In this document: piece by piece, positions 21,541-32,125 of the stretch
How positions within the stretch are numbered: position 1 is the first letter of the stretch
How the letters are laid out: every line of letters begins with the position of its first letter
Assembly (NCBI GenBank): GCA_039189765.1
Contig: JBCCYL010000027.1
Location: forward strand, 9,923 to 73,922
Reading direction: 5' to 3'
DNA from: Cyanobacteria bacterium P01_F01_bin.150
GTDB taxonomy: Bacteria; Cyanobacteriota; Cyanobacteriia; CAKZMO01
DNA: 64,000 bases
The notes under the pieces: model-generated
The model's database searches: none
Told to the model about the DNA's origin: nothing
Seen by the model: only the letters and a program-made list of their open reading frames with translations
Translations under genes and position numbers: made by a program

Positions 21541-23466
21541 ATGGTACAGCAGAGCATTTTTACCAATAGAACTCTCCAGTTACTGGATGGTTTAGGGTTA
21601 GAGGAGCAATTGGTTATTCCTTGGTTTGACTCAGCCATCGATGGCAGTGCTTTTGAGCCTAGCTTTGAATCTAAGTCGGTTGTTGGCAGTAACCTACTGT
21701 GCTATCAACCTGTTGCTGGCGATCGCCCATTTCAGAGGTCCTATTTCCCTGTGCATGAATCAGTAAGTGATGCTGTTTTCCGCCAAGTTTTTAATCGTAG
21801 TCCAGATGCCATGACCCTGTCTACTATTGAGGAAGGGAGATTTATTGCTGCGAACCATCGCTTTTTAGAACTCTCTGGATACACTCAAGAAGAAGTTATT
21901 GGGTCTACATCCATTGATCTGAAGTTATGGCCTGAACCACTGGAGCGCTCGTATTTACAAGAGAAGCTAAAGCGGCAAAAAGCGCTTTATAACGAAGAGG
22001 GTGGATTGATAACAAAATCGGGTCAGTATAAAACCGTGAGGGTGTCGGCTGAAATTATTCCTGTTGACAACGTGCCCTATGTGCTTTGCTCCATTCGAGA
22101 CATCACCCAGGAAAAGAAGGCTGAAGATGATCTGAAGTTGGTGAATGAACGCGATCGCCTTTTAGGAAAAATTGCTCTCAATATTCGCCAATCACTCGAT
22201 CTACAACAGATTCTACAAACCACCGTTACTGAAGTTCGGAAGTTTTTAGGAGTAGAACGAGTCTTTGTCATCCGTTTTGATGATCAAAAAATGGGCCAGA
22301 TTGAAGCAGAATCGGTATTACAACCATTTCCCTCGCTGACTGGAGAAATAATTGGCCCCGCGATATATGATGAAATCTCTGAAATTTATCAGGATCGGCC
22401 GATTCTTGTCATCAATAATATGGATGACATCCAAAAGCCATCTAACTTTTATCTCTTGGCTCAAAGATATCAGGTCAAGGCTGGGCTGGGCGTTCCTATT
22501 CAGGTCAATGGAGAACTATTTGGATTTTTAGTAGCACATCAGTGTGAAAATCCCCGCCCTTGGACCGAATTTGAACAGCAGCTACTGTTTCGATTGTCCA
22601 CACAGGTGACCATTGCCATTCAACAAAGTGAACTGTTCAGCGAGGTACAGTATTTAAACGCCCACCTAGAGCAACAGGTGGACCAACGAACTCAAGAGCT
22701 GGCACAGCGTACAAAAGAATTAGAACAGCGCACACTAGAACTGGAAGATCTGGGCCAATTTCGGGACTTTTTGCTCCATGCAGTGACCCATGATTTGCGC
22801 ACCTCCGCTGTGGGAATGACGATGCTGTTACAAAGCTTGGACTGCCAAGCATCAGAATCCTCCGTGCGCTTACCACGGGGTCTACTCGACAATATGATTC
22901 GTGCGTGCAATAAGCAACGCGATAAGCTGGACGCGATTCAAGAGGTTCACCGGCTCAAACTGCAAGGTCTACCCCTTCAGTCAACAGCAATCGCCATTCA
23001 TACTCTAGTTGACCATGTTATTGAGCCTCTAGAAGCACGGATCAATCAAAGTCAGGCGACGATTGAAAACACCCTATCTGCTGAAATGCCTAAAATACAG
23101 GGGGATATCATTCAGCTAGAGCAGGTATTTCAGCATTTGATCACCAATGCGATCGATCATAATCTTCCTGGCGTCAATATTTGCATTAGTGGACAGGTCG
23201 AACCATGTGGGCAGAGCAGTCGGGCCTCTTTTGTTCGCTTCCAGGTTAGTGATGATGGCAAGGGTATTGGACCTGAAAAACGCAATCGCCTTTTCCATCT
23301 GTGTGCCGATTGTCCAGAAGCGCGACAGTATGGTGGTATTCGACTAGGGCTGTATCTGTGTCGTCAAATTGTTCATGCCCACGGTGGCCAAATTGGCGTC
23401 AACAGTGTGGTCGGGGAAGGGACCACCGTATGGTTTAAGCTCCCCATCCATAACCTTAAGGATTAA
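21541..23466 (+). CDS. PAS-GAF sensor histidine kinase
   Basis: PAS (ANHRFLELSGYTQEEVIG), GAF (IRQSLDL), H-box VTHDLRT, LITNAIDH, VSDDGKGI. Confidence 0.9.
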   Translation: MVQQSIFTNRTLQLLDGLGLEEQLVIPWFDSAIDGSAFEPSFESKSVVGSNLLCYQPVAGDRPFQRSYFPVHESVSDAVFRQVFNRSPDAMTLSTIEEGRFIAANHRFLELSGYTQEEVIGSTSIDLKLWPEPLERSYLQEKLKRQKALYNEEGGLITKSGQYKTVRVSAEIIPVDNVPYVLCSIRDITQEKKAEDDLKLVNERDRLLGKIALNIRQSLDLQQILQTTVTEVRKFLGVERVFVIRFDDQKMGQIEAESVLQPFPSLTGEIIGPAIYDEISEIYQDRPILVINNMDDIQKPSNFYLLAQRYQVKAGLGVPIQVNGELFGFLVAHQCENPRPWTEFEQQLLFRLSTQVTIAIQQSELFSEVQYLNAHLEQQVDQRTQELAQRTKELEQRTLELEDLGQFRDFLLHAVTHDLRTSAVGMTMLLQSLDCQASESSVRLPRGLLDNMIRACNKQRDKLDAIQEVHRLKLQGLPLQSTAIAIHTLVDHVIEPLEARINQSQATIENTLSAEMPKIQGDIIQLEQVFQHLITNAIDHNLPGVNICISGQVEPCGQSSRASFVRFQVSDDGKGIGPEKRNRLFHLCADCPEARQYGGIRLGLYLCRQIVHAHGGQIGVNSVVGEGTTVWFKLPIHNLKD

Positions 23467-23525
23467 TTGAGAGTGAGCTACGCTACTTTTTTCCGCTCAT
23501 ACAATTAGACGCACACTAGCGATTT

Positions 23526-24662
23526 ATGATCATGACATTTAAGATTCTGAGTCTGGATGGTGGTGGCATTCGTGGGGTTTTGTCTGCAAGAATTTTGCAA
23601 AGCGTAGAGATGGAACTGGAGCAAAAACGCAACCAGAAGGTTCATGAGTACTTCAATATGGTGTCGGGCACATCCACAGGCTCTTTGATTGCGGGTGGTG
23701 TTGCGGTAAAAATGAGTGCTAGGGAGCTGCTGGATGTCTACAAGTATCGAGGCAATGAAATTTTTCCGGCATTTACTCGATGGCAACGAAAATTTCGCTT
23801 GATTAGTCAGTTTGTCGGAGCCAATGTCCTCTATCCCCATGGTGATCCGAGCACTGGCAAGCCCGGTTTATCGACGGTTATTAATGAAGAATACGGAAAA
23901 AAGTGTGGTGGGAGCTGTCCGACGATTAGTGCCATTGAATCTCCGATTGTGGTGATTCCGGCTTACGACACCCTATCCCGCAACACGACTCTTTTTGTCA
24001 GCAATAATTCCAAAGAAGACCCTAGCTGGTACGACTTGCTACCCCTATGGCAAGTCTGCACGGCTTCAGCGTCTGCGCCTACTTTTTTTCCCCCCTATGA
24101 ACTGCCCTATTACCAAGATGTCGTTCCTGGCCAAGTGTTGCCTCATATTGATGGCGGGGTATCGGCCAATAACCCGGCGATCGCGGCGATCGCCCATGCG
24201 CTATTAACGGAGGAACCCGATATTACAAAAATATCGGTGCTATCCATTGGCACTGGCCAGGCAACTCGTCCCTATAGCTATAAACAAATTAAAAATTGGG
24301 GTCTTCTCAAGTGGATTGAAAATTTGCCCAATATCTTTATGGCTCCTCCGGCTGAGCTGACCAATGCCCTGTCGTTGCAAATCTTAGATTCGGTGGGAGG
24401 GGGAGATTATTTGCGTCTTGACTGTGCCTTAAACCAGTATTTTGAAGGGAAACGGATTCCCAAAACACTGCGGCAACAGTCTGCCAATCCTAAAAATCAA
24501 TACCTTGGCCGTGAGGTACCAGAAGAGATTGATGATCCCAATGCTTATCAAGCCTTAGTGGATGCAGCAGATGCCTATGTTGAGAAAGGAACTGTATTTT
24601 ACAAGAATAAGCAGCTCTCTGTGATGCAGGCGATTGCGCAATTTATTCATGAGCATGAATAA
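23526..24662 (+). CDS. Patatin-like phospholipase
   Basis: LSLDGGGIRG, GTSTG, ASASAPTFF, DGG. Confidence 0.92.
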   Translation: MIMTFKILSLDGGGIRGVLSARILQSVEMELEQKRNQKVHEYFNMVSGTSTGSLIAGGVAVKMSARELLDVYKYRGNEIFPAFTRWQRKFRLISQFVGANVLYPHGDPSTGKPGLSTVINEEYGKKCGGSCPTISAIESPIVVIPAYDTLSRNTTLFVSNNSKEDPSWYDLLPLWQVCTASASAPTFFPPYELPYYQDVVPGQVLPHIDGGVSANNPAIAAIAHALLTEEPDITKISVLSIGTGQATRPYSYKQIKNWGLLKWIENLPNIFMAPPAELTNALSLQILDSVGGGDYLRLDCALNQYFEGKRIPKTLRQQSANPKNQYLGREVPEEIDDPNAYQALVDAADAYVEKGTVFYKNKQLSVMQAIAQFIHEHE

Positions 24663-24686
24663 ACACGGTTTAGAGCCATAACTCTC

Positions 24687-27600
24687 CTATTTCCATGACG
24701 CTAGCTCAGTTTGCCAATGGTTAAACGCTGACTGCACCTGATTACGACGAGCCTCAAAGGTTGCTGCAATCCAGATTAACGCTAGCCCTAAGAAAATACC
24801 CACTGCCCAGATCTGCAACGGATGTTGGCCAATAAATTGACGAGTATATCGAAGAACTTCAAATAGGAGCGTCCCCGTGCCGACAAACAGATAGGCGCGG
24901 GTTTTTAATTGAATACCGACCGCAATCAGAACGAGACTGAACCCTAACGTAAACACCGCCGTCCAAGGACTACTCTCAGACTGGTAGACACTAGCAAAAC
25001 AAATCAGTCCTGTGGCTAGGGTCCGAAGAATATGGCGTGTTTGTCTAGAATCTGCATGATTGCTCAACGCTGGATCGACTTCAGCAATGTATAGAATCGC
25101 TCCACCCACGTCTAAGCTAACCCAGAGCAGTCGAGTCCAGTCCTGCAATGAGATAAACCACAGCAGTGCCCAACTGATAAAGCCAATCGAGAGATAGCTG
25201 ATGCGAATTCGTCCGGTGGATTTTGCCAACCACGCATAGAACGCGGCCACAATCAGAATGCTAGGAATATTCGTATCCTGTGCCGTGAGCACCATAACAA
25301 TGCTGGGCAATACTAGCGTGCTTTGCGCCCAGGGTTTGGGTGGCCAACCCCATCTCTGCCAGGGCAATTTATATAGAATAAATGCTACACAAGAGGCGAT
25401 CGCCCCACCCCACGTCACAACCGCATCACTTGGGACAAAGGAATATAACGTAAAGGCGATCGCACCGATAAGCTGCCAGATACCCACAAACGTCCACTCT
25501 GGCGATCGCTGACGCCCCCAAGCCAAGGCATAGGCCGCCAAAGCTAAGAACGTAATCGACCCTAGCCCATCCCCCAGCAGACTGCGAGGGGATATAACGG
25601 CTAAAACTCCCAGCCCCGTGGATAAAAACCAATGGCAATGACCGATGGCAGACACATCGTTAATGCTCAACTGTAGATAGGTCTGAAACCAAGGCTTGAA
25701 GCGTCCCCATGCCCCCACACCATAAAAAATCGTTAGCCCCAATCCTAAGCCCGCCAGAATCATCAGACCATCACCACTTTTTCCCTCAGACGCCTGCTGC
25801 ATTTGATAAATCAGCAGTTGATACGCTGCCATGGTGATAATTCCCGCAGCCAAAATAGTAAGGGCTTTCCAACGAGGGTTCCGTCGGCCTATGCCAATGG
25901 CAATAAAAGCAAATGCGAGGGTATACAGCCCTGTACTAGCAGTAAACGGAATTTGGGATAGGCTCCAGCCGAGGATGCCGTAGAAAAGAGGGATTAGGAG
26001 AGTTGGAGAATTTTGGATTTTAGATTGTGGATTGTGGATTTTGGAGGGTTGAGGAGTGAGGGAGTGAGGGAGTGAGGGAGTTGGAGAGTTGGAGAGTTGG
26101 AGAGTTGGAGAGTTGGGGCGGTTCCCCTCTTGGGAGGGGCTAGGGGTGGGTTCTTTTGCCTTCTGCCTTCTGCCTTCTGCCTTTTTTCCTGTCTTCTGCC
26201 TTTCTGCCTGCTTTTGATTGGGGAGTAGAAGTTGGGAGATTAGACCGAGGGAAAGAAGAGCGCTCCCCAGGGTGGTTGCGGTACCGTGAAGGCTGGAGTT
26301 GAGCTGGGCTGTGAGTAGTCCGGTAATCCAGGCTATTCCTAGATAGGTCCATTCACGCCCCCAGATGCTGAGGCTGGAGCGGTTAAGGGATCGATACAGG
26401 AGAGAGCAAAGAAGAAGCACACTGGCGATCGCGGCTTGCCATGCGTCTTTGGGGGAGACGAAGGATGCATAAAGGAGAAACGTATATATATTTCCACCCA
26501 ACAGCAATATTGTAGTGATGGCGATCGCCCATCCGTTACTGGCGCGACGATACAGCGTTGCCATTAGGGATGATTGGCAGTGTAGGAGCGATCGCAGAAC
26601 CCACAGCAAGCCGGGGGTAAATGACCACAGATAGAGCTGCTGGTTATCAAAACCAAGTTGATAGGTTGTCACCCATAAACCCAGCACTGCACTACCCAGG
26701 CTAAGAGAAGCTGTCCATAGTGAGCGGGTTAAAGGAACGCCGAGGAATAAGGTTAGTGCATTGAAGCCAAAGATCCAGCCATTGGCACCATCAATATTAA
26801 AGAGAAGTGGTTGACCGGCTATCAGAGCTAGGGTACTTAACCATCCTGCTAGCTGAGGAGAAAATTGGATATCGGTGGACTGAAATATTAAGTGGGGTGA
26901 GGTTATAAATTTAGTGATGGACTGAGTTTTGGATGCCTGTTTTTGGGAAGCCTGGGCTGGGCGGGATGAGGAATCCGTTTGATTTGTTTGACGGAGAATA
27001 GGGCGTGCTTTTAAGGAACGATGGCCTACATAGATCAGCATGGGCGGAACGAGTAACCATGCTGTACACAAGGGATTGTAAGGGTCAGTAAGAAAGAGAC
27101 CGTAGGCGATTGCCCCCAATCCCAATCCTATTATCCAGGTGGTTTGTTGACTTGCAGAGACCGCTAGATGGCTATATATTCCCCATTCAAACCCCGTCAG
27201 TATGACTAAAATTACGCCCCACTGGATGGGTGTAAGGGTCGGCATCAACAGCTCAATCCAGGACAGCAGGGTTGCTAGGCTTAAGCTATGGATACTGTAA
27301 GCCCAGATTAGAGCTTTCTCGGTAGATTTTTTTGTAGATGGCTGTGTGGATTCCTCTGTAGATTCCTCGAAAGGAACAATGGACTGATGGTGGTGTGCTT
27401 GGCGACGAACAATCCCCACTGTGATGGTGGAGGCAAGTAAACTGAGCGATCGCGTCATGGGGTTCGACAAGCTGATAATTGTAAGACAGCTGCCCAATCC
27501 CAGGGCCATCCAATCGGCCTGTCGGCTTAGACGCTGTTTCTGGCGCTGGCGTAGATATTGTCCTCCTGCCAGCATGACCCACACGTAGGGAAAAAGCGTC

Positions 27601-28967
27601 AGTCCGACTAATGCAGTGGGCATTCCTTGATTGCCGGACAGACGAATGCACAGATCTAGTAGATAATCGCGCCATATTCCTGGCACTAATCGCTCCATTA
27701 ACCAGAGGAGCTGAAGACCCACCATAAATAGGGCAATCAAATCAATCGATCGCCAGTGGCGTAGGAGGCGATCGCCCAATAACCACAGCCCCAAACCGCT
27801 GACAATCAAAGCCTGCCACGGTGGATTAGCGTTTACGGAGACCAGCCATCCCAACAGCAGCAGCTTGGCCCCGCCTTTTAGCCATAAATCTCCACCTGTA
27901 TGGGTCGGAGTACGGGAAATCCAGCTTAAGACCCATCCGCATAGACCAATGGCTAATCCTAGCTGGCTCCAAGGCACTTGCCCGACGGTAACGGCCCGAA
28001 TCACCAGCAGGAAGGTGGCAAAGGCGATCGCAATCAAACCCAGTGGCACACCATCCCGCTCCAGACTCGCCTCAGGCTGATCGGCATCCTCAACTCCATC
28101 ATCGACCTTAGGCTTTTCTTTCCTGCCCTTAAAATAGGTGACCTGATATCGGCTGACTAATAATGCCGTACCAACAGTTCCCACATAGGTCGCGATTAGG
28201 GGCATGGGCGGTATATCCCAGCCCCAGTGCAAACCGCTGAGGGCAATGGTGTTGACGGCGGCGAGGAAAGAGGTTGAAGACTTGGTCTGGACGAGGGCTA
28301 GAATCATTGCGCTAAGGGCGATCGCCGCAATGATGCCAATACCCCAGCCCAAGACACTGCTCCATAGCCCCAATCCATCAATCATCCAAAAGTTAATGGG
28401 GATAATCAACAGCGTTGCGATTCTCAGCATCCGCGAGGTAAGCCTTAGATTAGCCTGACGCTGGGTCCAAGTGCCCACGCCCCAGAAGGCTAGGGTGTAA
28501 AGAAATAAAATACTGTACTGTCCCGGTGGAGACACCGTCTGCCATTTACTGGCTGCCAGTACAACGGATGACAGCACCACCAAAAAGACACCTAGAAACA
28601 GCAGCCAGGTAATACTAAAGTTATCCATAACCGCTTGGGTCAGGCGAGGAATTAAAGGTGGTTTGGGTGGTGATGCCTTTGTAGAGGCAGTCGCCGCCAC
28701 AAAAGTAGGCTTGGCTTTTGCAGTAATAACGGCCGGGGATGCAGAAGCGGTAGCAGCAGACACCTGAGATTCCACGGGTAGACAATCAGACAGGGTCACT
28801 GCGCAGCTCAAGTACTGCTGGCAGTTTTCTCGGACCCACTGATCCGAAATCAGCCCCAATTTTACCCATGCATCCAATCCTTCTAAGAGGTTGGGGTCAT
28901 TCACTTTTGGGCGAATGGTAAGAGTTTGGGCTGGCAAAAAACTCTTAGGCTGTTTGGGGGATTTCAT
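24687..28967 (-). CDS. Large polytopic membrane protein (DUF2157-like) with in-frame repeat insertion
   Basis: LLEGLDAWVKLGLIS, WLLFLGVFLVVLSS..LAA, many TM segments, C-terminal WIAATFEARR; probable start MKSPK. Confidence 0.8.
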   Translation of the reverse strand: MKSPKQPKSFLPAQTLTIRPKVNDPNLLEGLDAWVKLGLISDQWVRENCQQYLSCAVTLSDCLPVESQVSAATASASPAVITAKAKPTFVAATASTKASPPKPPLIPRLTQAVMDNFSITWLLFLGVFLVVLSSVVLAASKWQTVSPPGQYSILFLYTLAFWGVGTWTQRQANLRLTSRMLRIATLLIIPINFWMIDGLGLWSSVLGWGIGIIAAIALSAMILALVQTKSSTSFLAAVNTIALSGLHWGWDIPPMPLIATYVGTVGTALLVSRYQVTYFKGRKEKPKVDDGVEDADQPEASLERDGVPLGLIAIAFATFLLVIRAVTVGQVPWSQLGLAIGLCGWVLSWISRTPTHTGGDLWLKGGAKLLLLGWLVSVNANPPWQALIVSGLGLWLLGDRLLRHWRSIDLIALFMVGLQLLWLMERLVPGIWRDYLLDLCIRLSGNQGMPTALVGLTLFPYVWVMLAGGQYLRQRQKQRLSRQADWMALGLGSCLTIISLSNPMTRSLSLLASTITVGIVRRQAHHHQSIVPFEESTEESTQPSTKKSTEKALIWAYSIHSLSLATLLSWIELLMPTLTPIQWGVILVILTGFEWGIYSHLAVSASQQTTWIIGLGLGAIAYGLFLTDPYNPLCTAWLLVPPMLIYVGHRSLKARPILRQTNQTDSSSRPAQASQKQASKTQSITKFITSPHLIFQSTDIQFSPQLAGWLSTLALIAGQPLLFNIDGANGWIFGFNALTLFLGVPLTRSLWTASLSLGSAVLGLWVTTYQLGFDNQQLYLWSFTPGLLWVLRSLLHCQSSLMATLYRRASNGWAIAITTILLLGGNIYTFLLYASFVSPKDAWQAAIASVLLLCSLLYRSLNRSSLSIWGREWTYLGIAWITGLLTAQLNSSLHGTATTLGSALLSLGLISQLLLPNQKQAERQKTGKKAEGRRQKAKEPTPSPSQEGNRPNSPTLQLSNSPTPSLPHSLTPQPSKIHNPQSKIQNSPTLLIPLFYGILGWSLSQIPFTASTGLYTLAFAFIAIGIGRRNPRWKALTILAAGIITMAAYQLLIYQMQQASEGKSGDGLMILAGLGLGLTIFYGVGAWGRFKPWFQTYLQLSINDVSAIGHCHWFLSTGLGVLAVISPRSLLGDGLGSITFLALAAYALAWGRQRSPEWTFVGIWQLIGAIAFTLYSFVPSDAVVTWGGAIASCVAFILYKLPWQRWGWPPKPWAQSTLVLPSIVMVLTAQDTNIPSILIVAAFYAWLAKSTGRIRISYLSIGFISWALLWFISLQDWTRLLWVSLDVGGAILYIAEVDPALSNHADSRQTRHILRTLATGLICFASVYQSESSPWTAVFTLGFSLVLIAVGIQLKTRAYLFVGTGTLLFEVLRYTRQFIGQHPLQIWAVGIFLGLALIWIAATFEARRNQVQSAFNHWQTELASWK
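25997..26210 (-). repeat. Composite short-repeat element (GGCAGAA)n + CCCACCCCTAGCCCCTCCCAAGAGGGG + octamer and heptamer repeats, in frame
   Basis: Read directly; same module order as 42137-42300. Confidence 0.85.
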
Positions 28968-29256
28968 AAGCGGTTTACGGCTTGAGGATAGACTTCGATA
29001 AGACGACTGATACTCTAGGTAACCCAAACGGCATCCCAAATCATTATCACAATCGCCACCGAACTGCTGCCATTATACTGATGACGTATTTTATAAATTT
29101 AACCCCAGGCCACTTTGATGTGCCGGTTTTTGGTAAGGTTGCAACAACTCAATCAGTGGCTTAATGCCAAATAATGAGGCATAACGCTCTACTCCTTTGT
29201 ATTAAAGCCGTTACGCCAATGCCCACTAAGCGCAGCTGAATTACCCGTTACTCTCT

Positions 29257-29592
29257 TTACGCCACTGCAAATCCAGTTATCTCTCGACGCTCTGGGCGAT
29301 AAAACCCCAAAACAATATCTTCTTGGGGGATTCCTGCATCGACGAGTTCCTGAGCAATACCAGGATCGGTTCCATCCCATTCAATCCAAATTTTGCCATT
29401 TTTAATGCGGACATGAAAGGCCATGGAATGAACCCGCCCAGTTTTTCCCCAGCCAATATCAAGCAACAGGTAACTATCTGCGTCCAAGTTACACAGAGGC
29501 AACGGTTCAATATCACCATGGCTGGGGCGATGCTGAGCGTGGGCATAAACAATTTGCTGAATAATAGTGCGATAGTTTTCTAGTTTATCCAC
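29257..29592 (-). CDS. xisI: XisI family protein
   Basis: MDKLENYRTII, KIWIEWDGT, ELVDAGIPQEDIVLGF. Confidence 0.92.
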   Translation of the reverse strand: MDKLENYRTIIQQIVYAHAQHRPSHGDIEPLPLCNLDADSYLLLDIGWGKTGRVHSMAFHVRIKNGKIWIEWDGTDPGIAQELVDAGIPQEDIVLGFYRPERREITGFAVA

Positions 29593-29996
29593 GACAAAAC
29601 TTCCTCTATATCAGGATCAAATGTGAGAATCTCCAGACGATGGTCAGAGACAATATCTTTGATGGCAGGGCGTCGGAAAAAGTCTTGATAGACATCTTGC
29701 GTAACTGCTAAATACAACGTTCGTTCAGGGGCAATTCGCCTGATAATGCTGCGATACATGCCATATTGACCAAGGGTTTTCTGAAGTTCAGTAATAAGCG
29801 AGACCCCACCAAAAACTTTCACTTCTACGACAATTCTACGAGTTTGCTTAATGGCTGCAAACAGCTTTTCAGCGCCCAAGTCGGCATAAAGTCGTAAATC
29901 GTCATATTCAAGAGTGAATGGATCATCGGTAATCGTCCAGCCGTCTTTGACCAAAGCACGTTTCACCGCATCATGATAGAGATCGTATTGAGGCAT
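29580..29996 (-). CDS. xisH: XisH family protein
   Basis: YHDAVKRALVKDGWTITDDP, DLGAEK, VEVKVF, LGQY, RTLYLAV; overlaps the xisI start. Confidence 0.92.
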   Translation of the reverse strand: MPQYDLYHDAVKRALVKDGWTITDDPFTLEYDDLRLYADLGAEKLFAAIKQTRRIVVEVKVFGGVSLITELQKTLGQYGMYRSIIRRIAPERTLYLAVTQDVYQDFFRRPAIKDIVSDHRLEILTFDPDIEEVLSWIN

Positions 29997-30085
29997 TTTA
30001 GAAGTAGATTTTGGCGGCAAAGATGCCCTATCAGTATATACGTCTTACTTTGAATTGAGAACAGCGGCAAAACATTACACTAAGA

Positions 30086-30677
30086 CTAATTAACGTCCTG
30101 CCAGCCTTCAATAAGCGCAAGGGCCACATTCACGTAAGCATTTGTCCAAGACTTCTTCTAGGACCGTTTTGCCGCCGGATTTAAGGGCGCTGACCGCTCG
30201 TTGTTTCAGGGTAGCGGGAAGGGCAGCGGAAACAAAGGCTTTTTGGTCGGCCTCGGTGGCGGCGGGATTGGTTGACTCTAGCTGCTTTAGCAGGCGCTGA
30301 ATTTCGGCAGCGGCTTCAGCTAGGTCTTGTTTTTCTGGGGCGTCGTAGTTGTATTGGGTGCCGCCCACCTGATCGCCTTGGACGGTTTCGGCCACTCCTC
30401 CCGCAATCTTTGCGCCGCGCAGGTCGAATTTAGGAGTGCCAGTGTTGGATTCGGACATGGTGGTGTCTCCTTGATTTTCAAAGGTGTCAATATGAGTTTT
30501 AGGCTGAACAATGGCAGTGTCCAGTAAGCGAGCAAGCTGCTGGGCCTTTTCTTCCTTTCCCACTAGCAGAGCAATTAGGGCTTCGGACGGTAGGGTTAGC
30601 AGATGCTCGTAGCGTTCAAAATAGCGGTGATGGAGCTGGGAGCGATCGGCAAATGAAGAATCATGTAAAAGCTTCAC
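30086..30677 (-). pseudogene. 5'-truncated, frameshifted C-terminal fragment of a pentapeptide/LRR-type cyanobacterial protein
   Basis: KQDLAEAAAEIQRLLKQL...LKQRAVSALKSGG helical tail. Removing one A at 30141-30143 restores DNAYVNVALALIEGWQDVN* ending at 30086. Confidence 0.65.
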
Positions 30678-30794
30678 TTAATTCCCAGTAAATTCGATGC
30701 TTAAACTGAGAATAAGTTGTCCTAACCTCAAAGCTACATGTAAACGTTGAGACACACTACAGATTCTCTCAATCATCTTATTGCAGGGGGCGTT

Positions 30795-32123
30795 ATGGCA
30801 GGGCAGGTATTGCAGTCGGTTAAGAGTGGAGTTCAATCATGGTTTGCGAAAGCACCCAAGCTTGAAATCAATGAGGGTCTTGAAGCGCTACCCTCCGAAA
30901 CCATGGCCCAGCTTAGCCAGAATGTCCAAGCCTTATCGGTGCCAATGCCCTATCAATCAACCATTGAGGGGGCACTGAGCCGAGCTTTCCAAGAATGGCA
31001 GGAACAACCGGAAATCAATAATAGCTTGGTGATTCTGGGGTCTCCGGTGGATGCGATCGCCCCCACCTTAGAAACAATCCTCAAATCCCCTACCTCCCCA
31101 TCCCAACCTCCAGAAGCCTGGCGACAGGCAAAAATCCGATTTCCCCTCGAACCCAGTCGTTCCGCCGATCCATTAACCATTTTGGACGAGTTACGTAAAG
31201 CATTGGACCGGGTCAACTTGGAGGATTTGGAAACCCTGGAACAGGAAGATGCCCAAGTCGATCCGGAAGACGGAGCTATAGCAGAGGCACCCACAGAGCC
31301 TATTAAATCTCCCACTATCGTTGTTATTCCTAATTTAGAACGATATTTCCTACGCTGTATTCAAGGTTGGGAAAGCGTCGAATATGTGCAAAATTTGGTC
31401 GCCCATGAGCCGTCCTATTTTTGGGTCTTGGGCTGTAGCCACTGGACATGGGCGTTTCTAGACCGGGTGTGTCATATCAGCGCCTACTTGGAGCAGGTCG
31501 AATCTCTTCCTCAGCTTACTGGCGAGGAGCTAGAACAGTGGCTCACTCCCTTGATGGCATCTGCTGCGGCTACTATCAATCCATCCCAGGCACCCGATGA
31601 TTCTCCCCCTGCTTCTGAGACTGGTTCCGAGACTGATTCTGGCTCCACCTTAGATTTTGGTAGTGATGGCTATTGGAACAGCCTCGCCAATCTATCATCG
31701 GGGATTAGCACCACTGCGGCACAGCTGTGTCTCCAGTCATTGCGTATGCAAGCTGAAGACTTGGCTAATAATCAGGTTGATGATACTCAGGAGCAGACTC
31801 GCCGAAATGCCCATCAGACCGAAGCAGTTTCTGACCCGTCCTATCGCCTACGTCTTAAAAAACCGACATTGCCCTCTCTGATCGATTTGGACAGTATGGA
31901 TCGCTATCTACTCCATGCCCTATTGATCCACGGCAAAATGATGCGATCGCACCTCGCCCTCAGCCTAGGGGAAGCCGAACAAACCATTCGCCCACGGGTT
32001 CAAGTGCTGCGTCGCGAAGGCGTGATTATTCAACAGGGCGTTTGGCTATGGGTCCATCCCGTTCACTATCCCAAACTCCGCAATGAACTGGGTAACAATA
32101 ATTTCTTGATTGGGGAGGCTTAG
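30795..32123 (+). CDS. Hypothetical protein with degenerate P-loop NTPase-like domain and C-terminal winged helix
   Basis: LVILGSP (Walker A-like position), IVVIPNLERYFLRCIQG (Walker B-like), LHALLIHG...LALSLG...VQVLRREGVI. Confidence 0.6.
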   Translation: MAGQVLQSVKSGVQSWFAKAPKLEINEGLEALPSETMAQLSQNVQALSVPMPYQSTIEGALSRAFQEWQEQPEINNSLVILGSPVDAIAPTLETILKSPTSPSQPPEAWRQAKIRFPLEPSRSADPLTILDELRKALDRVNLEDLETLEQEDAQVDPEDGAIAEAPTEPIKSPTIVVIPNLERYFLRCIQGWESVEYVQNLVAHEPSYFWVLGCSHWTWAFLDRVCHISAYLEQVESLPQLTGEELEQWLTPLMASAAATINPSQAPDDSPPASETGSETDSGSTLDFGSDGYWNSLANLSSGISTTAAQLCLQSLRMQAEDLANNQVDDTQEQTRRNAHQTEAVSDPSYRLRLKKPTLPSLIDLDSMDRYLLHALLIHGKMMRSHLALSLGEAEQTIRPRVQVLRREGVIIQQGVWLWVHPVHYPKLRNELGNNNFLIGEA

Positions 32124-32125
32124 AG

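Noticed and set aside
23526..24662. Patatin as a CBASS CapV effector
   Set aside because: No CD-NTase or Cap2/Cap3 genes nearby; the context is ordinary.
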